In this document: positions 23,658 to 37,590 of the stretch, one piece after another
How the letters are laid out: each line of letters opens with the position of its first letter
How positions within the stretch are numbered: position 1 is the first letter of the stretch
Assembly: GCA_024704765.1 (NCBI GenBank)
Contig: JAKMXF010000309.1
Coordinates: 349,887-413,886 of the forward strand
Length of the DNA stretch: 64,000 bases
Reading direction: 5' to 3'
Origin: Oopsacas minuta
Taxonomy: Eukaryota > Animalia > Porifera
Program-made: the position numbers and the translations under genes
Notes under the pieces: generated by a model
What the model was told of the DNA's origin: nothing
The model's input: only the letters and a program-made list of their open reading frames with translations
Database searches by the model: none

Positions 23658-26600
23658 TTAAATTTGCTTTGTGTTTAACCATCTAACTTGATGGTATAGA
23701 TTGCATAGTGTGTATAAGTGTAGAGGTAATGCACTAACTCTCCCTCCAGTCTCTGGACTAAGAACTAGCCAGGATAAAGCGTCGAATCGTTCTAGAATTT
23801 TCTTTAAACTTTCCTCGTAACTGAGGTGTTTTGATCGAGCTTCTTCGCCAATGTCTAAGTAGAACTCTCCATGTAATTGTGCACGGAAAAAAGCATTTCT
23901 CTCTCTCTTTTCTCCCCAGAACGCGGCTGGTAATGGTCCAGGTTCTGCGGAAGATAACACATACCCGACAGCATGGTAGTTATCAACAGCATCTGCTAGA
24001 GCCCCCGGGGTAGGCAGACCTAGACCATCTATACCATCCATCTCTCTGAAGATATTCATTTCATCAACTCCCTCATCAGCTGATTGTAGCTGACCACCTG
24101 CAGGCATTTCACTGAAGAATACAATGTTATCTTTTAGATCTGAATCATCCATCTGTGTGTATGTATCCATGTAGTTGGGACCAGGCTGTACTAGTATGTA
24201 TGTGCTTGTGTTTGAATGGGTATCTGTACGTGAAGAGTTATCTATAAGATTTGTATTAGATTTTCAGGTCCTTACATATTTACCTATTCAAATTATGTTG
24301 CTTCGGGCATGCCAGATCCTGGGACTTCCCGCACCCCCGAGTTCAAAGTTCATGATAAGATCCTTTGAATAATAAAATTACTCACCATTAAGTAATACTC
24401 TAAAATTCTTTTCTGGCTGGAATGACAATACATGTACAGACTGTATAGAAGGCATATGAGTATTACATTTACAAGTACATGACGTACAACCTTTGGTTAG
24501 CTCTGTCTGAGCAGAATCTAAGTCACGGACTATTCTTTTTAAGTCTCTTAACTCTTCATTAGATGGTCTACCTAATCTGGTTATAACAACATGCCAGGTT
24601 AATACAGTCTGACTTAGAAGAGATAGGATATATCTCCACATATCTCTAAGAGCTAAATCTCTAGTGACGTAACCATCAGGTTTACCAGGATATCTCAGAC
24701 CTAGAACAGCTGAGTCTAGAAGAGAGCCCTGTGAGTCACAGCACGCTACCAGGAGGTAGGAGTTCCCTGTCGATACGCAGTAGCCGCAGAATAGAGTGTT
24801 TGTGTTCTTTTGACCTAAAACAAATGGTGTATACATACAGTTATATCTAACACGGGTATATCGAAGTAATTATTTCGGTCCCTTAAGATTAGATATGATG
24901 GGAGTTAACTGTAGTTACACAAACCTAATTCAAAGTCAGATCGATTGAAATCAGTCTTATTGCTAGGAGGAAGGGACTTCTTATTAGGAAGTACAGGATC
25001 AGGTCGCATAACAAAATGCTTAGCTAGAATATACGGGGGCCTGTACATCCCTACTGTAAGGGGAGGTATAGAAGGCTGTGGGGATTTATCTGGATACAGC
25101 TTTTCTCTCCAGTCATCCATATCCTCTACGAAGCTCATTCCTCTACTGGGTTTCGAGGATTTGGAGAAGTATCTAATAAACAAACAAATGAACAAGCAAG
25201 TAAACAAACAAATGAACTAGCAAACAAACAAATTACCTGCATTTAGAGAATACATCTAAGCAAATAGCTCTCAAATTCTGTGAAGATATTCTCCTTTGAG
25301 TAATTACGTCTTGAGCTGGTATAACATACAGAACTAATCTTCTAGATAGCTCTTGACTTAGTGGATGCTAGAGGGATTAATCATATGATTAATTACTGTA
25401 AGATAGCGGTCCACAACCTTGGACCCCCTTATGCAACTGTATCCCAGGTTGGGAACTGCTGCTGTAAGGTCAGGTATAACTATGCAATATATGTACCTAG
25501 TGTTTTAACATATGTACATCTATGGCATAGTTATACTTACTTCAACAAGAGCCTCAGCAAAGACTCTCATGATATCTATTTGCTGGTGAGTAGCTCCTGT
25601 ATTAAGAATATATAAGACAAGACTAGGAGAGCTCTCTCCCTCTGATATCGAGGTATTTGTGTATAAGCTGTGCTGAAGGAGAGAGCTATGGAATATATCT
25701 GGATCTCTACGTTGCTTATCGTGTGGTGACATCATAGAAGATAACTGTGTTAGTATGACAGATGTTAATAGGTTCTTTATGTTTGATAGGCTGTCTACGT
25801 CTAGATATAGTGATGACGTATGTGCAGGTGTATATGTGTATATACCGTCTGTACGTGAGTTAGTGTGTGTTACTGGACGATGTCTACCTAGCTCTGAGTC
25901 TTGATAGACAAGTGACAGTTGTTTGAAGTAGTGACATACCTGTTTATGACATCAATAAACAAACAAACAAACAAACAAACAAATAAACACTTACTCTATT
26001 CTCTATCTTCTCACCAGTAGGAGAAACAACAATAAAATGTACATCCTCTCTCGGTGCGTATGGATATAAAGATAGCTTATCCCAGTTAATGACGTCATAC
26101 GGTGCTATTTCTATCCAATCAGACTCTTGTCCTATTAACAAGGTAGGTACAGGTACTGCCTGGGGGGTAGCGGGGCTGTGATGACGTGTATCAGAGCTCT
26201 GTACAGGAGATAGGATCTGGAATAACTCACTCCATGTGAGAGGTGAGATAGATCGCTTTAGCATGGATTTTGGTAAGGAGGAATGGAATTTTCTTATCAG
26301 TTTAGCTGTTCTGTTATCAGAGCTCTGTTGTAGTGTAGTTAACCATGAGCCATCATTATCGATATCTAATTGATAAATAACTTATTTCATAGCCATCTAA
26401 GCATGCGGGCGGGAGGGAGGCATTTTCATTAGCTTTATTTTGTGGACGTTATCAGAATACAAAGTGGCCCCATTCAAAGGATTTCAAAGACTCTACTTCG
26501 GGCGGTGGAGCTGAAACAATTTCCAACTCAATACATTCCATATCCGTTGCCATAGAAACATAAGAGGTGGTCTTATACCTATAACTTACCCAGAGAGAAA

Positions 26601-29600
26601 TCTAGCTCTATCATACTTATAGGATCTTCCTCATCATCCTGTTGTCCATCATCTGAATCAAGATTCTGACTAGCTTCCCCTTCTGTCTCTGTTTGACTAG
26701 CATTTACTGTATTATCCGTATTTATACCAGGAGATGAGCACTCCTGCTTTATATTTATATCCGTAACAGCTGTTATATCCATTATAGTATCATCCTCATC
26801 AATATTATCCGCATATAATCTACAGCACTCTCTCAAGGTGTTAGCTAGTGTGCCCCGTTCGTATAGATCTATAACACCATCAGGTTGTGTTATACAGGTG
26901 ATAGAATTTTTGTGTGTTATTTGAGGGGGACTAGTAGATAGACAGTGTCTTTGAATAAGCTCTAAGGTCATTGAGAGTGCGCGTGGATGCACGATGGGTA
27001 CAGATGTACTCTCAATCGTCAGAGGCTCATGTGTGATACGCTTTGGGGCGAATTGAATGCGAAGTTCATCAGTATTCCCGACTTGATTCCAACCGGTATC
27101 AGCATGATGTGGTAATACCAATTGATCATACGTATGGAAGTAGTGTACAGGGAAATTGCCCACTAGTCTGTCTTCGGAGAACTCTAGTGTGTGTAGGGAG
27201 TGATCTCTAGAGGTTCCATAGCTGAGGAGGTTGTCTAGAGATAGTGAGAGCTCGTCTGGTGGAGCGTATGAGGAAGGAGGGAATGTGAAGTGATTAGGCT
27301 GACTAGTGTGTGCTGTTAATGGTGTAGGGAAGGGTGTTGTAGGGATCTGTTCTGGAAATGTTTGTTGTGGATCTAGAAACAAATTCACAGGAGATGTCGG
27401 TTATAAGAACACCCTTGAGAGTAGCAATACATGTTCTTATAACAGGAATATATGAGAACCGTTTTCTATAGGATGGTGCTTATATCCGGTATCTACGGCA
27501 TCATACCTAATAGCATAATATTCAGTAGCAGAGCATGTGTCTCTGGATATTCAGTCTTAGGGGGTGTCTCTAGTTGTGTATCTGTGTTAGGAAGTTTTCT
27601 TAGAGTTTCTAATACAAATAATTGTTATATTAAAATATTCAATTCAGAAGTTCCCCGTTTATAGAAGATACACTGTACCAATATTTACCTGATATTTCCT
27701 TCTTAATACTATTACTATCAGATACAGATTTAGTTAATATAGTTACTGTACTGGGGGTATTGGGTAGATAGCTTGTATCCATTGAGCCAGTAGTCTCTAT
27801 AAGACCTCTAGATGATGATATACTCCTACAGGAATATAGTAATTATAGCTATGAGCTAGTGGGATATATCGTATAAGATATATACCTGACGTCATCAATA
27901 TTAGTTATGATATTGTCGGTAGTACTAACGTCTCTACACAGAGATAGCTTATGTCTATTATTAGTTATAGGAGTTTCTTGGTAGCTAAGCTTGTATTCTC
28001 CTAGTCCTTTGTGTTTGTGATATTCTAATCCATAGCTATATGAAGATATAATTATTGTAAAAATATGTCCTAACCGAGATGATCTTACAACACAGTTGTA
28101 TACGTACTTGGGAGAAAATGAGTCTGGCACAAGTTCGAATATCTCCAGTGCATTAGGTGGTTTAGCTTTAGGAGACTGTCCGTTCTTTCCAATAGAAGGA
28201 GGGGTTAGTATAGAGTGTGACTCTTCTAGCAAGAGAGGGTTAGATGTCTTGGTGTAGTGATTTGATATGTTTTTATTTCCATCTACATCTCGCTAATAGA
28301 ACATATAGTCAATGGAAATAACGTTATATTTAGCAACTACAGTATACAGCGTAACCTCCAATAACGGGGTGCCAGGGACGCTGCTACCCCGTTTCCCCGT
28401 TTGTAGAGATATTCCTATTTACTTACACTCATTAATGAATCTATAGGTATAGAATCTTCATCATCTGTCTCAAATATCTGATCAGGCATTTGGTTCTTAT
28501 AAGTAGCATGAGTAGAGGTAGGAGGGAATACAGGGTGCTTAGGTTGTCCTTGTGAGAGAGGCTGCTGGGGTGTCGTCTCTGTAGAGGGGGAGGATATACC
28601 CCCGTGTGTATAAGGACCTGGTGTAAACACTAATGAAGGTTCCTAGCAAAATATAAACAACTAATATAATATCAGTTTTGATCAATAAATATAATGAATA
28701 TTTTAGTGTTGCGAGACCATGGACAAAGTTCATAGAATTTGGTTTCGTGGTCACAACATACAGTAACACTCTAATATCTATAGTTAATATACCGGCATAT
28801 TAAATTGAGTATTTAAAGTAGTAGGAGTAGGTACTAGTACATCTAATACAGGAGCTCTGACGTCACTAATATCGTTACAGTGTAGCTGTTCTGGAGGTGG
28901 CATGTTGAATGCTGAGCAGTTAGATTGAGTACTAGTAGGGGTATAGACAGGAGGACCCATCTCCTTGTCTGTGATGGTGAGATCCATTGGTTTGTCCTCT
29001 CGGCCTGTTGGTGTTTGCTGCTTCTTAGCTTCTGACTTAGAAAGACGCTTCTTACGAGTAGTAGGAGTTCTGCTGGTTGAACTCTTCTCAGAACGTGTTC
29101 TGCTACGACCTGTGTCATAACGAGTAAAATGGACGTGGATAAGTGCAGAAATACGAATGACTGTCTCTCTACAAACCTTTCTTATTCTTGACTGCTTGAG
29201 TCTTACCGATGGGTCCTAATCTGCCCCCATACATACCCCCCGGGTGTTGTAACCCTCCGTAACCATACTCCAGTATACAGTCCTGTGTAGAGTACAGACT
29301 CTCTAGAGATGACAGGGAGTCTGGGAGAGTATAGTTAAACCACAAAACAGTAGAATTGCTCTTAGATTTTGTTGCTTTTAGTTTTGCTTCTTGCGCTAAT
29401 CTCCATGCTGTGTTATCTTCCTGCTAGAGAAAGTACGTGACATAACAAAGGATTATTTCTCATAAAATTAACTTATACTACAGTATGTACCATGGATTCC
29501 TGCTTTAAAATCTTGAGAGTCTTAGGAGGTCTTGGCATAGTAGAATTAGACTTCTTTCTACCAGGATACGTTCCATCAGCACCTGTATTACTCTGTGTAG

Positions 29601-31407
29601 GTGTAGATGTAAGATCCATTATATCAGATGACGTCACTCGCATAAACTGTGGACTTGGAGCAGCTGGCGCTAGACTGAGTCTTCTATCTTGTGTGACGTA
29701 GGAGGGTGTGTCTGTCCCAGATGAGATGGAGGCTATCCTAAAGGTGTGAGGTTTATATAAATATCATAGCAACATAACTACCAGAATGGAATTTACCTGA
29801 AATCTAAATTACGTTTATTCCATGGTAGAATCTCACTGCTACTATTCTGCATATCCAAGTTATATACTCCATCTATTATATCCTTCACTGATAGATTGTG
29901 GTGTGAAATTTCGCGAGTTTCTCGTCTCTGAGTGCGGGCATGCTCCTGTGATGAGTAAGACAAGAGGAATTGAGTAGGATACTTCATACACACACCTGCA
30001 ATCACAACCTCCAGGAGAGGGGGTGATACAGGAGTTATAAACATGTTAGGGTATACTAGTTTCCATTCTGAGAGAAGGTCAAGCGATCCTAAATATAATC
30101 CATGGTGGTATAACACAAATCATTTCCATATAAGTTACAGTCAACTTCTATTATATCGAAGCTCAATGGACCGCGATAATTAATTCGATATAAGCGGGTA
30201 GTTCGAAAATTCGTGTTCGTAACGGGAGTTGGCTATATATTCATATAACTATTTCTGTCGTATCAATTACCTTGTGTCTCCTCTGTATAAGCTCTACCTG
30301 TCAGCTGTCCAGACAATCCACAAGGACTCAATACAACCTTCCTCCCCTTCAAACTATCAACATTACTCAATTCTTCACTAGATAATAATCTCAAACAAGA
30401 TGATACCTCCATTACTGATACAGTAGCACACACCCAATAGCTACTCTCCTGATTGAAGTAATTGAGTCTGTATATGTATATAGAGTGTGTAGAAGGATCA
30501 GATCTAGCAAACCATGTACCTAGTGTAATATAACCATCAGAGTGTAACATTCTTTCTATTAGATTTTGTATAGCTAGGTCAAGTAGTTTCTTTACTTCTT
30601 CTGTTAAGCCGTCATCTGCATCACCAGTACCTATAATAGTAGTGTACAGAATATATCATATGTTAGAAGTTCTCAAACTGATGTTTACAGACAACTTGTG
30701 CCATCCATGGTACCTGTTAGTGAAGTTTACATTGTATAGAGAGTCAGCGGGCCAAAAAGGGTTGGGACTACTGCCTATCACATGTATAAGAGCTTCCTCA
30801 TAATAAATTCCCTAATAATATTACACAAATAACACACCTTCAGCTGTCAGAGAAGACTCTATCTTACTAGCTACATCAATATTCTCTTGATTAAACGAGA
30901 ATACTACCAGACGTGTAGCATTTTGTAGAGGTCCGTCCATAGTTCTGAATTGAAATGCATGATAGCAACAAGCTAGACCAGCTGATAGACAGCGGGAGAA
31001 ACTGATAAGGACACCACTCTCTCCGGGGAGGGATGAGCCCAGGGGTTTACCTCTGTAGTTATGCCACTTCAAACCAGACTACAGGATAATTGATAATTTA
31101 CATATTTATCATTAGTCAATAGTTATCAAATACAGGAGAGGGGTTATAAGACTATATGCATACTTGCCTAACCTCCCCCGGGGTTACACAAGAGGTCACA
31201 CTTTGCACCCCCCTCCCCTCCCCTCCCCTTGGTAGCGTTACGTAACGTTTGAACGGCCTCGTACAGCTGTACCTTTATCTCCACAAGCTTGAGTACATTC
31301 ATTTGAGAATCCATTAGTGTTCTAGCCGGTGATTGACAAGCCTGTAGATAGTAAGGGAGGGAGGAATTATGAGAGCTAGAGGTTGTGTGCGAGATGGTTG
31401 TATTCAT
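23658..31407 (-). CDS. MED13: Mediator kinase module subunit 13, many exons
   Basis: N-terminal KWHNY..LISFSRCL; DFRNCTSCAC-type segment near 29800; VVITRLGR; C-terminal KILERFDALSWL..SALPLHL. Start codon approximate. Confidence 0.8.
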
Positions 31408-32154
31408 GATGACAATACTAACTTCTTATACATAGACACTAATCTCTAAATTCTTACAAATACATACAAAGTACTAATATACGTACGTAGAAGCCATTAT
31501 ACATAATTATTTGTATTTTATTTAACTTTTTGCAGAAACAAATTGTTACTGCAATGAGTGACATAACCGAATACTTATATTTGTAGTTGTTTGCTAGCTT
31601 GTTTCATTTGATAGGGCTTGAAGTGTAATGCAATCGTTTAGTTATACGAGGTAGTATGTCAGTGTTGGTTAGTGAAGGAATTTGATTCGTTTTACCATCC
31701 ATGGTCTATACATTATTAACACTAGAATTCTGAAATTGCTGCTACCTCTATCTAAATTGACATAAATACAGTCTCCGCCTCTAAACCTGGGCGGAGTCTG
31801 GACCTCCAGGCTTCCAAACTTGTCGCCTATGTCACAGACCCCCCCCTATAATTATGAAGTTTTGTAGCAGCTAGCATACCAGCATATAGTTTAACTCTCC
31901 AGCAATCAAACATTTAACAATTTGTCATAGAATTGGCAATTTTAATAATTCGCTTACTCTTTCACTTGATTATGCAAATCCCATAAACTATCTTAAGCCC
32001 TCAATAAATATATAATAAAATACTATAACACATTTCTAATAAATAAATATTTGTATAATTAGCATAAACACTGAGGAAGAGTATAAAATCAAAGAATACA
32101 TTTTCTAATGTAATTAAGGGAGATGAAGAGCATAAAAAGTAATTATTGAATTAA

Positions 32155-35100
32155 TTAACAACAGCGAAATATCTTCCTTCTGGGAACACAGAACACGCAA
32201 AATGCTATTACCATGAACCCGAAGTTACCTACTGCACATAGAATCGCTACTACAGCTAATGCTAGGATTATATATGCTTTGTCGTTCTGACATACATCTG
32301 TTGAGGTTAGGCTTTGAGCACCTGGGACAGTCTCTACCTCGATGTAGTTGAAGAAAGCATTGGTTTTCTCTGTTGTACATTGAGCGTCTGAACATTCATG
32401 TTGTATATTGTGGTGTATAGATACAGTGTATAGTCCTGGTGTCTCTATTAAATGGGAATAGTTCAATTCGAGGGTAGCACACCCTCCGGCAGTTGTATTA
32501 GTAGCTAGATTCTTTGGATTCTGAGTTCCAGGACTCAGTTGTGTTAGAGTGACGTAGGTTTCTGCTACCTGGAGGCCCTGACAGGCTAGAGTAGACTAGA
32601 GAGAGATAAATGAAATACAGTGTAGCCTCCACAAACACCGAAAATTATGCCTGTTTTGCCAATTCCCCTTTATTTGTATGTAGCTTACACTGTATTCTGC
32701 GGAATATAACTTACTTGACATGTTATAGTATTGAGAAATGAATCTATCATAACTCTATCCACACGACAATCTAAACAGCTAAAGTTTGAGCTGACTGGAG
32801 AGAATACTCTAAGAATGACGTCATCAGATTCTAAGGCTCCTATCTTGGTTCGTAGAGTAATATTGTATTCATAGATACCAGATCCTGATATAGATATTGG
32901 ATAGGCTTTATTGCTTCCGGTCGTATTCACTATTCGGGTAAAAGAGGAACCGCCACAGAGAGATCTAGTGATACACAAACAAGGATCATATAAATGGGGG
33001 ACAAGAACCAAAGGAGCAACTTGGAATTTCCGGGAAACAATCATAGCGAGTTGGTAAGTACGTATAACTATAAACTAACCTATCTACAATAACTCTATAT
33101 TCAATAGCATCATCAATATTAGTACATAAAGGATTCGTCCAGGTAAATTCCAATTCAGTATCGGTAAATGTATATCCCAGACCACGAGGTATAGCAGGAA
33201 CACTAGTATTTACTGAAGTACTGGTATAAGTAGCTATAGCACTAGCTCTACTGTAGCAAGGCTCTATAGCTGTTATGTATATGGTGTATTGAGTGTTGTA
33301 GCTTAGTGTGACGTTACTACAAGTGTAGGTTCTATTTCCAGTCACTGCAACACCTGATCCAATTTGTAACGAGCATGCAGAACCTATGGGATAGTTTGTT
33401 TACAAGTTTGTTTGTTTGTTTATTGTTTGCATACCTTCTATAAGATATGTAGTTTGAGAGTTAGAAATATCAGATGCATGGTCCCATGTGATAATGACGT
33501 CAGCAATATAAGAGCATTCATCTCTATCAGATTTCTTAGATAAGTCTAGCTGTATGTTTGTTGGTGCGGATACTGATTGACTGGAGAATATTTCTACAGA
33601 ACTCTGTTAGATAGAAGAAATATGTTATTCATGCTTACTAAACCGCTGTTAATAGCTTATATATAAATTACCTGTTGGGAACTATCCCCTCTAACCATTC
33701 CTGAAGCAGATACTGTCTTATTACAAGTAGTTAAGGTAATAGTAGAACCAGGAACAATTGTTATATTCGGTGACTGACAGGTGTGAGAACTGAACTCAGC
33801 GAAATCAGCTGATATTGTGAAATTATTACCAGCTGTTCTCTCTACTGATAATACCGGAGAGTATTGAGTTATAGGATTTATGAGCTTTAACCAGTAAAAA
33901 CTCCCAATTGTAGATAATGAATTTGTGGTGTTGGAGGTATAAGCTTGGAATAGACAGCCAGTTATGCCACACTCCATATAGTCTATCTGGAGATTATATA
34001 CATACACTCAATTCCTGTTATATCGAACAAGGATATATTGGAATACTCGCTTATATCGAAGCTCAAGGAACCGCGATAAATATTTTGATATGACCGATGA
34101 TATATATGTCACTTTTACGGTTCGGTACCATATTGTACAATTTAAGACTTCGATAAGCGGGTATGTCAATATATCCGTACACAGGAGTTGCTGTAATGTA
34201 TCAGAATAAGCTTACCACTATATTAGATCGATCTACTACTGACTTCTGAGCTCCACCATTTATAGAATAGAGAATATCATCTGCACAAGGATTATTCTTG
34301 AATTGTTCACTACAGTTTATCTTAACAGAGGGACATAACTCATTGCAAGCGGGGGAGTCTATACAAACAGGCTGACTACATATAGGAGGTAGAGGGATGG
34401 GAAGGGGTGCGATCTGTATGACGTCATAAGTAACATAGGAGTAAAATATAGTTCCTGGTAATGCACGTACTATAGTGTTATACGTTAGGAAGGGTTGTAT
34501 TGAGAATGAGCTTATGTCAAAGAGTGTTAGGTCAATGTATAAGATATCAGCTGATAGTGCTCCAGAACCTAATTATATTAGGACACATGTCAAATCAATC
34601 ACATACAACATACATAGTAGAAAACGGTTCTCATATATTACTGTATATTTATCCCGGTTATAAGAACATGCACTGCTACTCCTAAGGGTATTCTTATAAC
34701 CGAAATCTACTGTAACTGCCAATTAAATGAAATTACATAGCTTACTATTATCACGCATCAAAATTTCGTCAGGAGATCCATCTGAGAATGATATTACTAT
34801 TTTAACATTATCAGCTCCAGTACATGTCCATGATACAGTTACATTGGTAGTCATATCACCAGTAGATATTGTAACATTTCCTACTAGCATAGAACAGGTA
34901 GCGACTGGAGGGAGGCGTCTGGTGAGGTGTAGCACAGAAGATGATGCATTATTACCAGGTTTAACTGCTAGACATTCACTTGTATCTACATAGATATATT
35001 GGGTGAAAAGGCTAGGAACAGCTGTGTTTGAATAATAACTTACTTAGATCGTAATAACACATGGGATCACCCAGACAAGAGATGTAATCAGTCATGAATA

Positions 35101-37151
35101 CAGAGCATGTCTCTAGAGGTACTTTATATAACCCTGTATACCCTCCAGCTAACAGGTAGTCTCCATTTATCTGTAGTCTGTCTAGAGAAGAGAGGTCAGG
35201 ATTCATAGCGATTACGTCACTCGGTACTACCTGGATAAGTTCAATCAGCTGATCGTCTGCAGAACAGCTGAGACAGTACTTTATAATAGATCCGTTAGTG
35301 AGTGTTACGTAGATCATCTCGTAATTAGTACTGTTGAAATCAAAAGTATAGCGCTACAAGATAGACTGGTATAATACATTACATCCATGGTTAATAGTGT
35401 TGCCAGATACAGGAAACTTCATAGATTTTGGATTTGGCAGGAATTTAAACTTATGGCAAGAACATGTCATGATTTATGAACTTTGGCATCAACATTTGAC
35501 TTTTGTTATGAACCTTTAACCTTTGGAGATAAGTTAAACATATCTAGCTACACTGTACCAATTAATAATTAGAATATAGAATACATGCCTGTAGCTGAGT
35601 GAATAACGCTCCAGAATAACCGATCAATGGCTCTCCAGTCATGGGAGATATAGAAGGTGACATCAGAGTATCTACGGAATTGCATTCTTTGATTTGATCC
35701 ATAACAACACGTATAGCATTTAGACTGTATTTACAGAGATAAGATGTTTGAGGTCCTTTCTCCAGTGAGGAAAATACGACATAGTACTCAAAGTCTGTAC
35801 TAATATCTACATATAACCAGTCTTGGATTAGCGAGGGGAACACATTACCACAGACTAACTCTCCTTTCAGGAAGGTTTCCATTTGTGGGTGTTCTATATC
35901 TGTGTTTGCTGTTGGATTTACATTACTGGGACCTTCTAAGCAGAATCTAGCTATTCGAGAAATAGCTCTACCTGATAACTAAATAAACAAACACTCAAAT
36001 AAATAAACAAACAAACAAACAAACGAAAAACAAACAAACAAACAAACAACTGACCAGTTTAGTAGATGGTTCATAGAACATAAAGTAAATATAGTTATTA
36101 GTATTGGCCAGATAGTTATGAGCTGTCCTAGCGAAAGAAGCCACGGATAAGAACTCCAAAATATCAGGGTCATCTTCGAAATAATAGAAAGTTGTAGTGA
36201 TGTATGTCAGATTAAATGGGTCTATAACTGTGATCCTGTTTCTTGGACGATTATTATAAACAGATCCAGTTACTAGTCTGGGGTTGTTACTATTGTCTAG
36301 AAGATATATAGCAAAGTTCCTCTGGTAGAGTAGGCCCGGGAGAGAGGGAGATATGTATCCAAAATCTGTATTATCGGTAGGCTAAAGAAGAATACTGTTT
36401 TCTCAGAAATTGCCCCCCTATATGTTATCAGGGAATTTAACCATGGATTGTAGATTTAGATTATCTGCTTGGAATTTGTTTTGGTTATTTTGAAGCACTC
36501 ATGGCTCCATTAGAGTGAGTACCAGAAAATAAACTTAATCCGCCATCCATGGTTATATATAGAGGAGGTTTCAATATAATTGTATATGACATCATGTATA
36601 TAAGCTATAGACTTGAATGATTACAATTACTTACTTCGAAACGAGGAGGGTCTGCCTCTGCCAATAGAGTATCAGGATTCAGTGTAATACAAACTGGGTC
36701 AGTACGGTTTGTGTAACAAGTATAGAGATTGCCATCTATATTCAAAAACACGCGGAAATAGTTATCACACGAATTCAGGTATGATGATGATGATGATGGC
36801 GGAGTACAAGATCCAGTGTAATCAACTGTATATCTATAAGATAATAATATTACCATATATGGTCATAGAATGTAAATGTATTACTACGCACATTGTATCA
36901 ATTTCTAAATCAAAATTCAGCTTTAGAAGATAGTTAGCTGAACCCACAAATATGGTATTAGAATCCCATACAAATATTTCTTGGAAATCTCGTGTTTGTA
37001 TTACAGATGATGGGGTTCGAACTGTGAGGTTGGTGTCTAAGAGGAGATGTGTGTAATTAGCTCCCAGGGAGGTGGATAGACTGGAGTATGTAGTAGTAAT
37101 AGCTGGGTGGGGTACCAGTAGAACCAACAAGAGACAGATGATCAAGTGCAT
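32155..37151 (-). CDS. Transmembrane semaphorin with PSI and FN3-like repeats, multi-exon
   Basis: Signal peptide; Sema motifs IFVGSANYL, CDNYFRVF..LYTCYTN, ETFLKGELVC; PSI (LYKVPLETC..CLGDPMC); FN3 motifs (APTNIQL..ITW, NTQYTIYITA, PRGL..FTWTNP..YRV); TM helix and short tail. Confidence 0.75.
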
Positions 37152-37590
37152 TAGCTAACTAGTTATACACAAATAGATTGTAAAGAACTGTTATGATAAT
37201 TATGGTCCTTATATGTTTATTCGATATTCAACCATGGATGGTGGATTTCGTGTATCTGCCTGGATGCTGTTCTAGTTATTTGAGGCACTAATCACTTGGT
37301 TGGAGAGAGGATTTGTATATAACATAAAATAAAGGAATCCTCCACCATCCATGGTTAAATATCAAAAAGTATATTAGGGGAACATTTTACCAATAAGACA
37401 ATCGTAGAAAAAGATATAATTGCAATAAATGAAACTAAAAATAGTTATTATTGACGTAATATGTAAATAAAATTAGCAAAATAAAAACAAGAATATAAGT
37501 AAGTGAGAGTTGTCGTAGGGTGCTAGTTATTAATAGAGATTTAGTTGGAAATGTTCAGAGTGAGTTTTGTTAGTTATTGATTTATTAAAC

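Noticed and set aside
23347-23682. 111-aa hydrophobic ORF between MED13 and RNF41
   Set aside because: Starts with TTG overlapping the MED13 end, low-complexity AT/GT-rich, no recognisable motif; likely UTR or spacer.
31775-31802. GC-box hairpin (CAGTCTCCGCC...GGCGGAGTCTG) upstream of MED13
   Set aside because: A plausible Sp1-type site, but a single short motif cannot support a promoter call.
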